A DNA stretch of 64,000 nucleotides, taken from an uncultured virus (IMG/VR IMGVR_UViG_3300036715_000208). Taxonomy: Duplodnaviria > Heunggongvirae > Uroviricota > Caudoviricetes. Below the pieces are notes generated by a model. It saw only the letters and a program-made list of their open reading frames with translations. It ran no database searches and was not told the DNA's origin. The translations under genes were made by a program, and so were the position numbers. Location: IMG/VR virus record IMGVR_UViG_3300036715_000208; one strand, written 5' to 3'. This document shows positions 38,901 through 46,493 of this stretch, piece after piece (within the stretch, counting starts at the first letter, position 1; the number at the start of each line of letters is the position of its first letter).

Positions 38901-40268
38901 AGTTGCCCAACCGTCAAGAGAATTAGCAATTGCCTTTCTCCAGTTTACCCAGTCTCCCTTACGATAGTATTTAAAGTCACCTAGCGCACCTAGACCAAAC
39001 CTCATTACTCCCAGCATTCCTACTGCAGCTAGTCCGCTAGTGATTCCTTGTGTAATTGCACTATCGTAATCGTATTTCATTACTTTATCTGTATCCTTAA
39101 ATACAAGACTACGCCAGTCATATTGATCCTCTTGATCAGCAAGTGCAGTGGTAAAACCAGCAGCTCCACCCTCAGTAAATATTGCAATAGCTCTTGCTAG
39201 TGCTGTTTTAGAGGCTGATCTACCAGCACTCTTGAAAACAGTTGCTTTAAGTCCAGCAAATACTGGTCCTTCAATAAGACCTGTTACTGGTCCTGTAAGT
39301 TTTTGTACACGTGCTGCCGCTCTTGCTAGTTGAGATACCCTAAGTGTTGTTGCAGTAGCTGCAGAACCAGATACTACAAGTTCTGTACCAACTGCTTGTA
39401 TTGTTCCCAAGCCAGCGGTAAGAATAGTTGCCGCAACCATGTCACGTGCCATAAGCGGATCTTTAAATCCTTCCCAAGCACCAGCAGCAAACTTAAATAC
39501 AGCACCCGTGTCTTGTTCCCATACACCCATTCTGGTATTAATAACAGACTGTTTTGCAGCTTCCATAATTCCTACAGTAAACGCAGTTTCGTTTAAAGTA
39601 GGTGCTACATAATCATTAAAATTTATTCCAGCTCTTTGAATATACTCATAAGCATCTGGATTCTTCTTCTTCCAATTTACAAATGTCTCTTGTTTCTTTT
39701 CTTCTGTCCACGAAGAATCTTTTTCTGCCAACCTAGTTTTTAATCTCTTATAGTCTCCCTCAATATCTGTCTCATGGAAGAATTTTTCAAAACCTTCTAC
39801 TATCCCCATAAACCAATTACCAACTCCTCTAGCTTTTTCTGAGTAAGTAAAAGCTTCGTCGCTTGGTAAAGGAAATCCTTCAGCTTTACCTTTAGATGCA
39901 TTAAGTCTTGCTTGTTCTAATTCTATATTTCTTTCTCCCCAACCTCTCGCTGATTGAGACTGCTGAATAGCAAATCCAGAATAACCACGATTAGCTCTAG
40001 AACCAGTATCATCTACTACATTAAAATTAAGATTACCAATTGCCTTAAGTGTCTTTAAACCTTGTTCTTCTTTAGCTAATTCTATGTTGGCATTTTGTCT
40101 ATCCCACGTAGAAGTGTTTTCTAAATCTTGTGAAATACTATTGGGTAGTCCTGCAAACTGAGCCGTTAGTGGCTTTGCAAAAGGATCCTGGGTCGTAGCT
40201 AGATCTTGATTATTACTATTATCAATAAAATCTTGGAGAACCCGAAGTGGATCATTACTTGTACTCAT
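26937..40268 (-). CDS. giant internal virion/ejection protein (T7 gp16 position), polyvalent
   Basis: 4443 aa; last of the internal-virion cluster; hydrophobic N-proximal helices; internal HEMGH, HEIFH, kinase-like and ART-like modules. Confidence 0.8.
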   Translation of the reverse strand: MSTSNDPLRVLQDFIDNSNNQDLATTQDPFAKPLTAQFAGLPNSISQDLENTSTWDRQNANIELAKEEQGLKTLKAIGNLNFNVVDDTGSRANRGYSGFAIQQSQSARGWGERNIELEQARLNASKGKAEGFPLPSDEAFTYSEKARGVGNWFMGIVEGFEKFFHETDIEGDYKRLKTRLAEKDSSWTEEKKQETFVNWKKKNPDAYEYIQRAGINFNDYVAPTLNETAFTVGIMEAAKQSVINTRMGVWEQDTGAVFKFAAGAWEGFKDPLMARDMVAATILTAGLGTIQAVGTELVVSGSAATATTLRVSQLARAAARVQKLTGPVTGLIEGPVFAGLKATVFKSAGRSASKTALARAIAIFTEGGAAGFTTALADQEDQYDWRSLVFKDTDKVMKYDYDSAITQGITSGLAAVGMLGVMRFGLGALGDFKYYRKGDWVNWRKAIANSLDGWATTKEGLIVYGEELSDGRGIAFGNSIDRYMAGKDGRNFTNIMLNGDRLFGRLDSTIAAKMNLDTVEALKVADALEKATGIAGEAAMRRVAGVDPHMSTMFMQLLDKKFLDEHNLSYDDAVKTINSYREFSNNSGMFPLQANSEGRLLTDLTGAVKNASQELRVRHISRLLDTKILDRRVEQIGLTGSDILSEAEGLLGRRLDIMDNADFSTYKTTAGYLAGNTDEANVSKLLQSIMSSTDPEVNIGGRVIPTETAKQIFRSALGLGTKEEEGKKKLHYLTDATDTNDPTFAIMFDPATNEVVRSKRRLVATPESELKRDGSRVRVELDVKNNASYTPDNITTMSKFTENMEAAKEKIHEVWVSSLKEKVKKEVSKIKDAAKRKQVEFIFDDVFNKAKDPSIESIASVFGMNKKEATVSSIIMRTLGFSPEDHLMRIIKSAAGTIDEKATANIVLSGTRALIQSTKESDLGSIAHEMGHYHRFTFIGRSEEAVKARHAVGITDSEWKKFTDWVGNEEEIWSTDPEFAILEKQAKEGETPELKAEAQNKINKIIKAEEKFANGWATFVKNLMSGKGKAPSTAIQRLFHRLGDHSGNLGEQFKSQEALEAGLEMTPESVSVYEKFMNRNNDKISEFFDVSYRRIFAQLPLEQRNAIGAEILGEAQFNDYKAKLQKSRAEARLKNDPVIAGSAAKRISVTKLIEDIKSAVVGSPTKKLIRLALTAGLTKDAVVSSLKAIAVEGERAAKNPVKLNLSLLDIALPSDMKKISDDILLNLANEEHLGVYDVTLSYKPDFNTTTNKLELKKITRSVTRDMAISEMNRRVKTSEPKVEVISSEEIMSTLDELETPTGFVDGAGLPVHLTGTEATTATLRAIEREETRATAETAADVARTLEEATDITSVAAVADLLLPKEESSADKVLSREAINLEEDPTRTPQELGINTTIRRLRTIQKTAKEIGSELSIASKTQLDDLVVFVRNNTEGIPALLEAWKKFQETNDPTAPRPPLTYLIAELKNVIARETLDGLVGLDDATLEAFAIVREDVLRLSDMKEVEVALREPTPENISAMSIATGIPEDKISLFLLGDKHIRNQLEIAEFNKASSFVKDNAVNYESGIKYLEDNKSFYETAREKKNQTIEDKQLIKNYNGRKAFVTRFENSRNRVSIGRLGESVVDHGSIELAKANSLFEVSNIKTYSKLSDIFYAKDRENIDITDLLNELEGSPQTMRDVAIRLGARDTDNPKDIFLAWASGEDSYGELDLRNDAVAKKYVRGVIKNLDANEGSRGTKKKIRGLVQMNRDGDEISIGEQMTSSGRDTKSMSNFAANNESALLTFTAGILHEQLIKNGKTQLAEYFAARRATYWLPGNREDNLRSAFNLRANMLGLDMLTEKNVVSWEIELRSELQNFANELRLRGYSEAANVIMSGELNLKDKNTTTVLNQGSLEEAFNHLDSIVSGYMESGRTEPIKPELLSEINSIRTTESVEFRKVMSDVIYGNIKNGSELLDALSTYNHNYSKLVNELKKIDGVQEMLKDILVMAANDKVGLAAFFNELRIIGLVAHKTMRESDVLHEIFHALTSERIRTYEDYKGFSELSGENYIDAIKSALSTDVRMPPSLRKLFIAYIRYIDSGLLPVELRQYVNDFTNFGNELTTTWGSEGINLYYGGLNLHEFVSEGMTEPAFISQMSIISDNQITDKNAFKDFFSAIIEAAEIKVTPQSLQIASTKLLKSIQVSTIETIMDPENRLVAASMITGLSDFLPYVTSSERGTVLFRLGQNNTINPLSSFVNSGKDPRTTPVIFNQALFVPPEVTTQLKLRDDLKASKGRVYKKMQVLNQYSVHIRELDESKFKIIGGQLGSNKAKQLSDENNILYYAKEAKSLSHAENEVLAQLMYISLGHTSVYSNISKEPAFGLKGPILLSSWLSDVEKYDMNNIDHVIKGHDVFIASAWLANWDIGGGPGFMFDNMDAHGRVLDTGGSLKWRAQGAPKGDKFGPVVGELKSFRNDQTNPSTARMFETLSDVKIVDQAKNLRETMSDGVIDNLINSVISDPKEALELSSILKQRRDYIVANVLKGENKVVNSISTTTSEVSSVINSALENDFSRLRISKEHGINHTVSQIYLTISNLFTDKEYLGVKFIGQTDKAISIDIANKFKGTPTEQVKIVIDDLFEKGAITYLHVASMNATTWKIARSIVLVSEAYNVTTDELIKSFVDLAVKEKTNIGFANWTNTLSSAVNHLVDQSPSVGFKQLESVKTVLKDELEAGFPNHNLFSKTNYIYNSPVSKETMEQIISVSTDDTLGYSNSVSDAKRIFMGNVLYYLNKNNLLDNPDNVTKILLDTFKDFNTLVKAWITSNPTKAIGNPILQSLIQPLYKQVGLKVLEKIEEPGKLNGVKLTASVESGLLDGTSLNVFKFDSALLLAAIQNPAVQKIYGYIQTGEKPKGLQSQSLQALASIVTFLEKENLTVHSDIIEKIIRDSDTFYVEWLKGTTYAVDVKMKEAWWALEYKVIGAKLNKAIQGEDVNSSQQTPVTKLPKFDPNTVDPKSAFKEFQDKFPKAGQVKIINGLDSYDSTLANFMYSAFDSNVDMSNIKTSIKTVKYQSVEEQFTKIWSALLMLYNGEKQTTPSLSTFKKIESNHTLESLRTLYLNYPHNFTYGYDGLNSAEGALATFLVQTFPDQQLSVFIKYIIENNTLKTEDILTKFFHDVIVKDTTKPPSAIADAIFEKALKKSNDSLAVSGHTEKSIYALREVIKDTKVDTFDKAKPYIRAWLSSRSLSSPYLRVEAFKVVAAIYRDLSPIKLSNEQRVVKFKEFFTDAEGNDIMWKNDYGIPVLFHRGQRGTVPVDLVSTTDKGIRFWGENINVARDYHSSTPIISAYLAAPKKNVLVVKNSHTQSWASIPSENIIQALMDFGYSREKASDVVREDALYLPSAISIDSLSRILQTPSEKKFDSSMWAICVENLVDQATEGGKTLPHSQWTIRAEMNIMKSPEAIEFDKAPGHMRILNQKRAETAIREGIASAKAAGTSTTKLEADLSTLIDSASVRRRDLLEMKLNEETEPEDLDVMTSMIKGVSAFQRSNMSHINGRMGIGSKNIPTNITTKFKGKSYRDLSEDDRRSFVLDVLMPTIAKSVGDRNSTAGVFSTFSNSVVGKGVNSRIGGASRYGDTADSSSMGLQFLSKILDPTMDLRNGEVEGTFNLFSMDMLIAESTNMYSRSGLLAIKNKINSTVKNAGEISEINNMAWKYSADLDKLPEGIPNRELITELIQGIQKYNTVMGETLNKYGNLLQPMDPLKYGTIHKINNLAVRDQEGFVKALTDHVLKKTRENNEISVVTADALGWLKITREQGSTDNIVRIEIPEDSPLAVLGSGVMEWNGKTKELFGKDSITKLSLEDQGKHSDGLESSKDYIDSYKRLYAGRGPDYTAVKQSMTIAKDRYIGIEDGDSKTGKPRSESVGGGKNYSEERILSHSDIAMNPDLSRYFQNNVYELINQHIHSQLTDTLMTKYITDHFGTKMSWVDLVAILSKYGEESQNKANLSLSEQQSRVRGYDRMKNIWESHIGKMSRSKDGLDRFYEDLLTNSRTPVLVASGIRAALTSTGEVGRAILTSNHHKGALMQVIPNLIKTLQLFSKDKRRTIQEVSSATHWLRNMSSDHLLSRSEVLPENPFAGAMLGTRQGGWCKRWAEEWRAVGDINKSDTSIVNRSMNRLGIVASRFGAPLAWVNDITTTLHVWNAQENFTKNSSTFLKLAEKMQTASLDNLADFNQLAKRCGLAAREALNLSTAGLLNPELVKLMIEAAKDQRNYTDGLLDVQKLYIWAGDDKTKIDTINRMGAYINFTARQTNTDPTLLDLRINQSAFAKSMGVFMQFLLSHSVQEIGRRRRYSTASYGKHLAGLFMMEAVTYSLARRKDEENKDKWIWEEATEKPIDLTIRLASGMPMLGSYQFIGSLARQVIQNTYKTLSDEKTDTFRLPDLYSAPAENLPNKALETFRDLF

Positions 40269-40280
40269 GTATTTTCCTTA

Positions 40281-40310
40281 AAATAGGAGGGGGTCTTTCG
40301 ACCCCCATCC
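40281..40310 (-). terminator. hairpin/attenuator between the gp15-like and gp16-like genes
   Basis: Minus strand GGATGGGGGTC-GAAA-GACCCCCTCC-TATTTT. Confidence 0.65.
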
Positions 40311-40319
40311 GTTGTTTGT

Positions 40320-43300
40320 TTATTGTTGTTGTTGTTGTTTATAAAAATTCATAAAATTTTGTTGAACAGTATCTACGTAAGCAGTAAAACTTTCACCATA
40401 AGCTGTTGCATCATCTCTGTTTTTAAAGATTGCAAATGATTTGTTCTCGGTAGCATATTTATCTTTAAGAACTTCAGGCTCTAAATTATACGGATTAGGA
40501 ACCAATATAAATTTCTTATTATAATATATTACAGTTGGTTTTATTAGTCTACGTGGAACACCAGCCTGATCTGGTATAGGACTTTCAAAGACATCTAAAA
40601 GATATTCAAAGTCTACCTTTATTGTTCCGTCTTCTGATTTAAGAGGAGTCTTTACTTTAGTAGTCCATAAACCAGGTGTTTCCCTAGTTGGTTCTACATA
40701 AGGAGTAAAATTTATACTCTTTGCAAGTAATCGTAGAGTATCGTTTTTTATTGATTTTTGAGTATCTGCTTCTGCAGCTACTTCTATTCTATTGACATCT
40801 GTAATTAGTTGTTGTCCTTCAACCCCAGCAATCTCAGCAGCCCTACTTATAGTGGCTTGAGTTCGTGTATCAAAGTTTGAAAGAGCGTCATCTAGTCTAT
40901 CTTTCTTAGTTGGACCAGAGTTATACAGCAATACTGGTGCTCCATATTGAGGAGCTTTTTCAATAGACCTAACGGGTGATGATGTAGAGTACTCGTATTT
41001 ATTTGGTACTCCTGTACTTGAATCACCAACCTTTACAGGAGTATTATTAGGTAACCAAGTGTGTGTTACTGGATCTAATCCATAATAGGTTTTAAAGTTT
41101 CCCTTATTATAAACAGCATCGTATTTCTCAGGATATAGTTTTTCTGTATCTTGCCAAACGGTTGTATTACCGTTGTAACTTGGTTGTTGTAGAACTCTGT
41201 TTACTGTAACAGATCCATCATCTAGTGTAGTTTTTCTATATACAAATCGAGTTGCCCCCAATAAACCAGCTATAGGTAAATTTTTATCTTTTTGAGGATT
41301 GGGAACAAAAGATAGGTTTGGTTGTGGTTGGCTTAATAGCCAATCTTTAACAAAGAAATCTCGACCTTCTGGTGGAGCGTAACCTTCTGGTTCTGTTGAT
41401 TCTGGAAAGGTATTATACTTACTAATAGCATCTTTCATATCTAGAGACTTAATAAACTTATTGCCTACTTCTGTATCTTTTAGACGCTCAGAAACAGTAT
41501 TAGAATTTGGTTGAAGGGTAGCATACTCTTTATTACCCCTGTATAAAATATATGTAGGAGCTACATTATCAGGATCAAGATATGATTGTCGGTTTTCTGT
41601 AGTAAGAAAAATACTACCTTCTAATAGTTGTTGTCTAATTTTTGCTGCCTCAGAAGTTACCCACTTAACTGCCTGTTCTTCAGTATTAATAGTATCTGGT
41701 ATTGCCTGTAGTGCATACTGTGCTGCAAGAATTGCTGCAGAATCTGTGTTTGAGCCTAATGCTCCAGTAGCCAGGGCTATTATTAATCCCGCCTTCCCGC
41801 CACTACCTTTTGCTAGATCTAAAATATTACCTGGAATTTTATGACCTATTGGTAAAACAACCGCTGCAATTTCAGGAGAAAGAGTATCTGTGTATGCAGA
41901 TAAAGCATATGCTGCTCTGTCATCAACTTGCATGAACTGACCAAGCATTGTTTTTGCTAGCTCAGGTTTCATTGGTACACCTGTTGTATTCCTAGTAACA
42001 CCAACCAGTGGTTTAGAGTTTAAAATAATTTGATCAGTAGGCATAAGATCATTCATACCAGAAGAAGTAGTAAGGTTTTTTGGCATATCCGTTTTACTTC
42101 CTTTAGATGTTCTAGTGTATCCTCGTAGCGTATCATAGTCTAATCTAAAACTTGAAAGCCTCTTATTAACCATAGTGATTAACGTAGGCTTAAAGTCTTC
42201 TTTATCCTTAGACATATTTCTTTCTAATACAAGAGCTTCTTCTAAAATAATCTGATCTACTTGTTTTCTTATTGTTATTGTTCTCGTTGCTTCTGTTTCT
42301 TTAGTCAAATCAAGAACTAGAGCGGATCTAAATGACTCCATTGATCCTAGATTATCATGCTGATCTCCAGGAGTTAAAGACGGATAGATCTCCTCCATGA
42401 GTTTTTGATAAGGAACTATTGCTCTTTTTTGAAGTTCTGCAGCATTGGGTGTTTTATCTGAACTAGGAACTACATGTGATCCTTCAGCTGCTATATTTGC
42501 TTCTTTTAAAGAACTCTCTTTAGAAATTTGTTCAGAACTTAGTGTAGCTTTTTTAACAAAAGCAAACGGGTTTGTACCATCGTATCTAGTATTTAAAATT
42601 TTAAACTTATTTAATTCAGTAGTTAGTTGATTCTTTTTAATTGGATCAACTACATTTTTGATAGATGTCTCAAGATGAACAATTAAACTATCTCTATCAT
42701 CTGGTGAAAGTGTAAGTGCTAAACTTTGAAATGCAGTTTGTGTATTAGGATCTTCTGATTGAAATCCACGTTCAAACGTATTTTTTCTTTCGGATGTAAA
42801 TGATGATTTAGTAACTGAGTGTCTTTGTGTGTTTTTAATATCATCAAATGAAACAGGAGATCCCTTAGGACCAGATAATATAGAAGCAAAGGTTTTTTCA
42901 ATTACCGATCTTGGACTATCTGTATCTGTTGTTCTCTTATTTAAAACATCCTGCAAGAATGCATCATAATAAGGAGTGTGTTGAAATAATTCTAGATTAA
43001 ATAATGCTGTTTTATCACCATCATTAAGTTCTAGTTGTACTTCTTCCCATGTTTTCATGTTTCCATCTTCTTTAAACAAGTCCTTACTAGACATTCTTGA
43101 ACTTAATGCAAGAAGACCAGCATCTAAATATTCTTTTAATGTTGGTGGTACTTGATTATCTACAAGAACTCCACCAGTAATACTTGCGCTTATAATCTTT
43201 TGACTTCTTATAAAAGAATCGTTTGCTTTCTTTCTTCTATTATTGTACTCTTCTGATCCTACGTTTTTTCCATATACATGTGAAGCTAGTTTCATATACT

Positions 43301-44846
43301 CTTCATTGTATTTATCATACTCACCCTTAAATCTAGGGGTTTGTAATATAGGATCTATGTGACTACCAAACACATCTAATTCAAAGGATGGTGCGCTAAG
43401 GGCTGTGGACAGATAAAAAATAGGAGATTTAAATGAGTCACCAGAAGGAACAGGAGATCTAATAAGCGTATCAAAGAGTGCTCTGCTAGAAGTTGGAGCA
43501 GCTTGAGTAAGAGTCTCCATTATCTTTTGTTGTACTCCAGCAAGTATTTTATTTTGTTGTTCTTCAAGAATATCAGAAAGTTCTGGCCTTTCTTTAGATA
43601 GCTTTGTAAGATAATCTATTTGAGTTGTTGCTGCACGTGCTGCGGTAGAGATTGATAATCCTCTCGCTGTTACTGCAGCCTCTAGAATTGATTCAGATTG
43701 TTTGCGTATAAAAACTAGTTGACTGTTATCAAAAGCACCAAGTGATTTTCTTGTCTGAGCTAATTTGTTAGCTGCTTCTGGAGAAAATCCAGGTAGATCC
43801 GTCACAATATCGTAAGCTTCATCGCTTAGTTTATTTTTAAGATTGTATTTTGATTTTTCAAATGAAGTTGGTTTATCACGATCTTCATCTATTGCGTATG
43901 CAATACGTAAGTATGTATCCATAGTATCTATTAGTTTTTGTTCTCCTCTAGAAACTAAAGTACTAATCCTTACTGACTTTTCTCTTTCCTCTGGAGTAAG
44001 TTTGTCCCAAGGAGTTTTATCTAGTACTGTTGCTATAGCTGCCAAGTCTGCTGCTGCGCCATCAAACTCTGCATCAGCTGAGGTAAGCATAACTCTAGCT
44101 TTTTCATCAAAAGATTCTATCATTGTTGGAAGCTTAACTCCTCTCATTGCTTTATCTGCTAATGACTGAGCATCAAGCCACTTTGCTTCAAGACCTCTAG
44201 CATAAGCTTTTTCTGCTTTAGTTCTAGAAGTTTTTTCAGTAAACATATCTGATTTGAATTTATCTCTATAGAGAGCTTCTAAATCTGGTTTATAAAAATT
44301 GTCTATATAGTCCTGAACTTCTTCTGGTGGTAGTTTTTGCATGTCTGCTTCGGCTAAGTTATTAAACCGCTGAAACGTATCTAGTTCTACTAGATTGGCA
44401 TACTCACCTTGAGCAACTGACTTGTCATTATCCCACTTTGCAATAGAACTTCTAGTGTTTGCTAGCATTGCCGATGGAATTTTTCCAACTGGTTGCTCAT
44501 CTGTGTTGGGATCATAACCAAGATTAATCTTTACAAGATCACCAAACTTAGTTCTTTCATGATCGTATGTAGCCCAGTCTCCCCGCTCTGCCGCTAACTT
44601 TAAAGCAGCATCTGTTGCAAATGTTTGCTTTCTAATAGCGGCTTCTGTTACTTGAGCCTTGTGTTCGTTTATTACGTTTACAGTTTCAATACCTAGATTT
44701 GCAGCAGCTTGTCCAATCTTACCCAGATCAATTCCCTGTGTAACGGTGATCTGTTGTTGTGGAAGAATAGTTCTACTTTCCTGATATATAATTGGTTTTG
44801 CTGGCTGTACTATAGCCTGTGGACCTTGTATTTGAAATTGACTCAT
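40320..44846 (-). CDS. internal virion protein (T7 gp15 position), enlarged
   Basis: 1508 aa, largely helical, Q/P-rich N-terminus; synteny between gp14-like and gp16-like genes. Confidence 0.6.
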   Translation of the reverse strand: MSQFQIQGPQAIVQPAKPIIYQESRTILPQQQITVTQGIDLGKIGQAAANLGIETVNVINEHKAQVTEAAIRKQTFATDAALKLAAERGDWATYDHERTKFGDLVKINLGYDPNTDEQPVGKIPSAMLANTRSSIAKWDNDKSVAQGEYANLVELDTFQRFNNLAEADMQKLPPEEVQDYIDNFYKPDLEALYRDKFKSDMFTEKTSRTKAEKAYARGLEAKWLDAQSLADKAMRGVKLPTMIESFDEKARVMLTSADAEFDGAAADLAAIATVLDKTPWDKLTPEEREKSVRISTLVSRGEQKLIDTMDTYLRIAYAIDEDRDKPTSFEKSKYNLKNKLSDEAYDIVTDLPGFSPEAANKLAQTRKSLGAFDNSQLVFIRKQSESILEAAVTARGLSISTAARAATTQIDYLTKLSKERPELSDILEEQQNKILAGVQQKIMETLTQAAPTSSRALFDTLIRSPVPSGDSFKSPIFYLSTALSAPSFELDVFGSHIDPILQTPRFKGEYDKYNEEYMKLASHVYGKNVGSEEYNNRRKKANDSFIRSQKIISASITGGVLVDNQVPPTLKEYLDAGLLALSSRMSSKDLFKEDGNMKTWEEVQLELNDGDKTALFNLELFQHTPYYDAFLQDVLNKRTTDTDSPRSVIEKTFASILSGPKGSPVSFDDIKNTQRHSVTKSSFTSERKNTFERGFQSEDPNTQTAFQSLALTLSPDDRDSLIVHLETSIKNVVDPIKKNQLTTELNKFKILNTRYDGTNPFAFVKKATLSSEQISKESSLKEANIAAEGSHVVPSSDKTPNAAELQKRAIVPYQKLMEEIYPSLTPGDQHDNLGSMESFRSALVLDLTKETEATRTITIRKQVDQIILEEALVLERNMSKDKEDFKPTLITMVNKRLSSFRLDYDTLRGYTRTSKGSKTDMPKNLTTSSGMNDLMPTDQIILNSKPLVGVTRNTTGVPMKPELAKTMLGQFMQVDDRAAYALSAYTDTLSPEIAAVVLPIGHKIPGNILDLAKGSGGKAGLIIALATGALGSNTDSAAILAAQYALQAIPDTINTEEQAVKWVTSEAAKIRQQLLEGSIFLTTENRQSYLDPDNVAPTYILYRGNKEYATLQPNSNTVSERLKDTEVGNKFIKSLDMKDAISKYNTFPESTEPEGYAPPEGRDFFVKDWLLSQPQPNLSFVPNPQKDKNLPIAGLLGATRFVYRKTTLDDGSVTVNRVLQQPSYNGNTTVWQDTEKLYPEKYDAVYNKGNFKTYYGLDPVTHTWLPNNTPVKVGDSSTGVPNKYEYSTSSPVRSIEKAPQYGAPVLLYNSGPTKKDRLDDALSNFDTRTQATISRAAEIAGVEGQQLITDVNRIEVAAEADTQKSIKNDTLRLLAKSINFTPYVEPTRETPGLWTTKVKTPLKSEDGTIKVDFEYLLDVFESPIPDQAGVPRRLIKPTVIYYNKKFILVPNPYNLEPEVLKDKYATENKSFAIFKNRDDATAYGESFTAYVDTVQQNFMNFYKQQQQQ

Positions 44847-45826
44847 TGCATTCCTCCATACTGACTGTATATATCAGTCGCGTGTTTCATTGCTTCTTCT
44901 TCATTGATGTTTGGATTCTGAGATACAAGCCCCTCAATACCCCTGGATATTCCACCAGAGGTATTGCCATTTAGTAACGATAGGGCTTCTCCCCACTGTG
45001 AACTATCCATGTCTCCAGAACCAAGCATATTTAATGCGGCTCCTGAGGATGCTCTATTGTTCATTCCAGTTATTTCTTTAGTAGAATCAAGAGCTTTTGA
45101 TATAAATCTCTTACATATATTAGGCGCGGTATTCATAATAGTTTGAATTTCTGGTGAATTAATATCTACCTTACTTTCAAAATCTATAAGAATAGAAAAT
45201 GCTGGTTGAATTTGTCCGTTAGGGTTCATAACAGCTAGTCTACCATTTACAACCTTAGACCCATCTAATAGATTTAAAGCTTCTAATTTTACCATCTCAT
45301 CAATATGAACTTCTTCTGGAACATCTGGATCAAGCCCAGATAAGTCCATCTTCTGTAGCTTTTGTTCTAACGTTTTAGTATATACTGTCTTTGCTTTGAA
45401 TAAGTTTTGATTAGATACCTGATTAGAAGTAGAAGCTAATTCTGGCATTAGTTCTTCATTAAGCCAACTAGGAGATCTTGTCATTTCATTTCTTAAGCTT
45501 TGTTCTTTTACAACAGGATCTGTGTTATCAAACCGTTGTCTCTTTCTAATTCTAATTGCATCTCTTGCCTGATCTGGTGAGCCAGGAAACTGATCTTCAG
45601 CGTGTTTAAAGATATCATCTGCGTTTGTAGAATCAATATCCTTTTCACTATCTCCCATCCACTTACTCCAAGCTATTACAGGATCATTATAGATTCCTTT
45701 GTAGGTACTAAGAGAATTTTTTATCTTATCTGTTTTGAGATTGTTTGTTTTATTTTGTTCTTTTTTGGGTTGTGGTTTTCCCGACGCAAGGGCAAACAGT
45801 TTCATTAATTTATCGGGATTAATCAT
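44843..45826 (-). CDS. hypothetical protein, probable internal virion protein
   Basis: 327 aa, coupled within the ejection-protein operon. Confidence 0.5.
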   Translation of the reverse strand: MINPDKLMKLFALASGKPQPKKEQNKTNNLKTDKIKNSLSTYKGIYNDPVIAWSKWMGDSEKDIDSTNADDIFKHAEDQFPGSPDQARDAIRIRKRQRFDNTDPVVKEQSLRNEMTRSPSWLNEELMPELASTSNQVSNQNLFKAKTVYTKTLEQKLQKMDLSGLDPDVPEEVHIDEMVKLEALNLLDGSKVVNGRLAVMNPNGQIQPAFSILIDFESKVDINSPEIQTIMNTAPNICKRFISKALDSTKEITGMNNRASSGAALNMLGSGDMDSSQWGEALSLLNGNTSGGISRGIEGLVSQNPNINEEEAMKHATDIYSQYGGMQ

Positions 45827-46491
45827 TATGTAACCCCTAACATATTACCGCTCACTGTACCCTTTAGACCTGTTTTACCATACGCTCCAATGCCAGCAGC
45901 AGCACCACTCATTAAACCAGTGGCAATACCTGTCATCATCATTTGAGAAGATGAATCTACTACAGTTGTTCTTCCTTCAACAAATGCTTGTTGCTCTACG
46001 TTGTTTAGGTTTCTCTGTGATAATATATTTTGATATTGTGTTTCAATATCTCTTTGTTGGTTGCTGTAGTTTGTTCTAAGCATCTGGGAGTTTATTTGTG
46101 ATTGCTCCGTTGCTTGTCTTAGCATTGCTCTAGCTGATGCTGAATCAGTGCTAATACCACGCGATGCTACAGTTCCTAGGAATGTTTCTGTTGTTTGTCT
46201 AGTCTGCTTTGACAGCGTTGATGACTGATTCTTATAAGTTTCTGCTGCATAAAACTTTTGAGATGACTTGGTTTTATTTGCAGCTTCTTCAATTCTATTA
46301 TTCATGTGGTACTGTGCTTCCCACTGTCTTAATAGGTTTCTATTCTGTGCTTCGTTTTGCCAGCGACCATTAAAGTTTTGCTGTTCTTGTTGCATTTTTG
46401 CTGCAGTAGCTTGAGCCTTATTTTGGCTAGCTCCACCCATAGAACCCATGATAGACGTAGCCGCCATCAATCCGCCAATAATAAATGGCAT
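45826..46491 (-). CDS. internal virion protein, T7 gp14-like
   Basis: Hydrophobic G/A/M-rich ends with a Q/N-rich helical centre. Confidence 0.7.
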   Translation of the reverse strand: MPFIIGGLMAATSIMGSMGGASQNKAQATAAKMQQEQQNFNGRWQNEAQNRNLLRQWEAQYHMNNRIEEAANKTKSSQKFYAAETYKNQSSTLSKQTRQTTETFLGTVASRGISTDSASARAMLRQATEQSQINSQMLRTNYSNQQRDIETQYQNILSQRNLNNVEQQAFVEGRTTVVDSSSQMMMTGIATGLMSGAAAGIGAYGKTGLKGTVSGNMLGVT

Positions 46492-46493
46492 GG

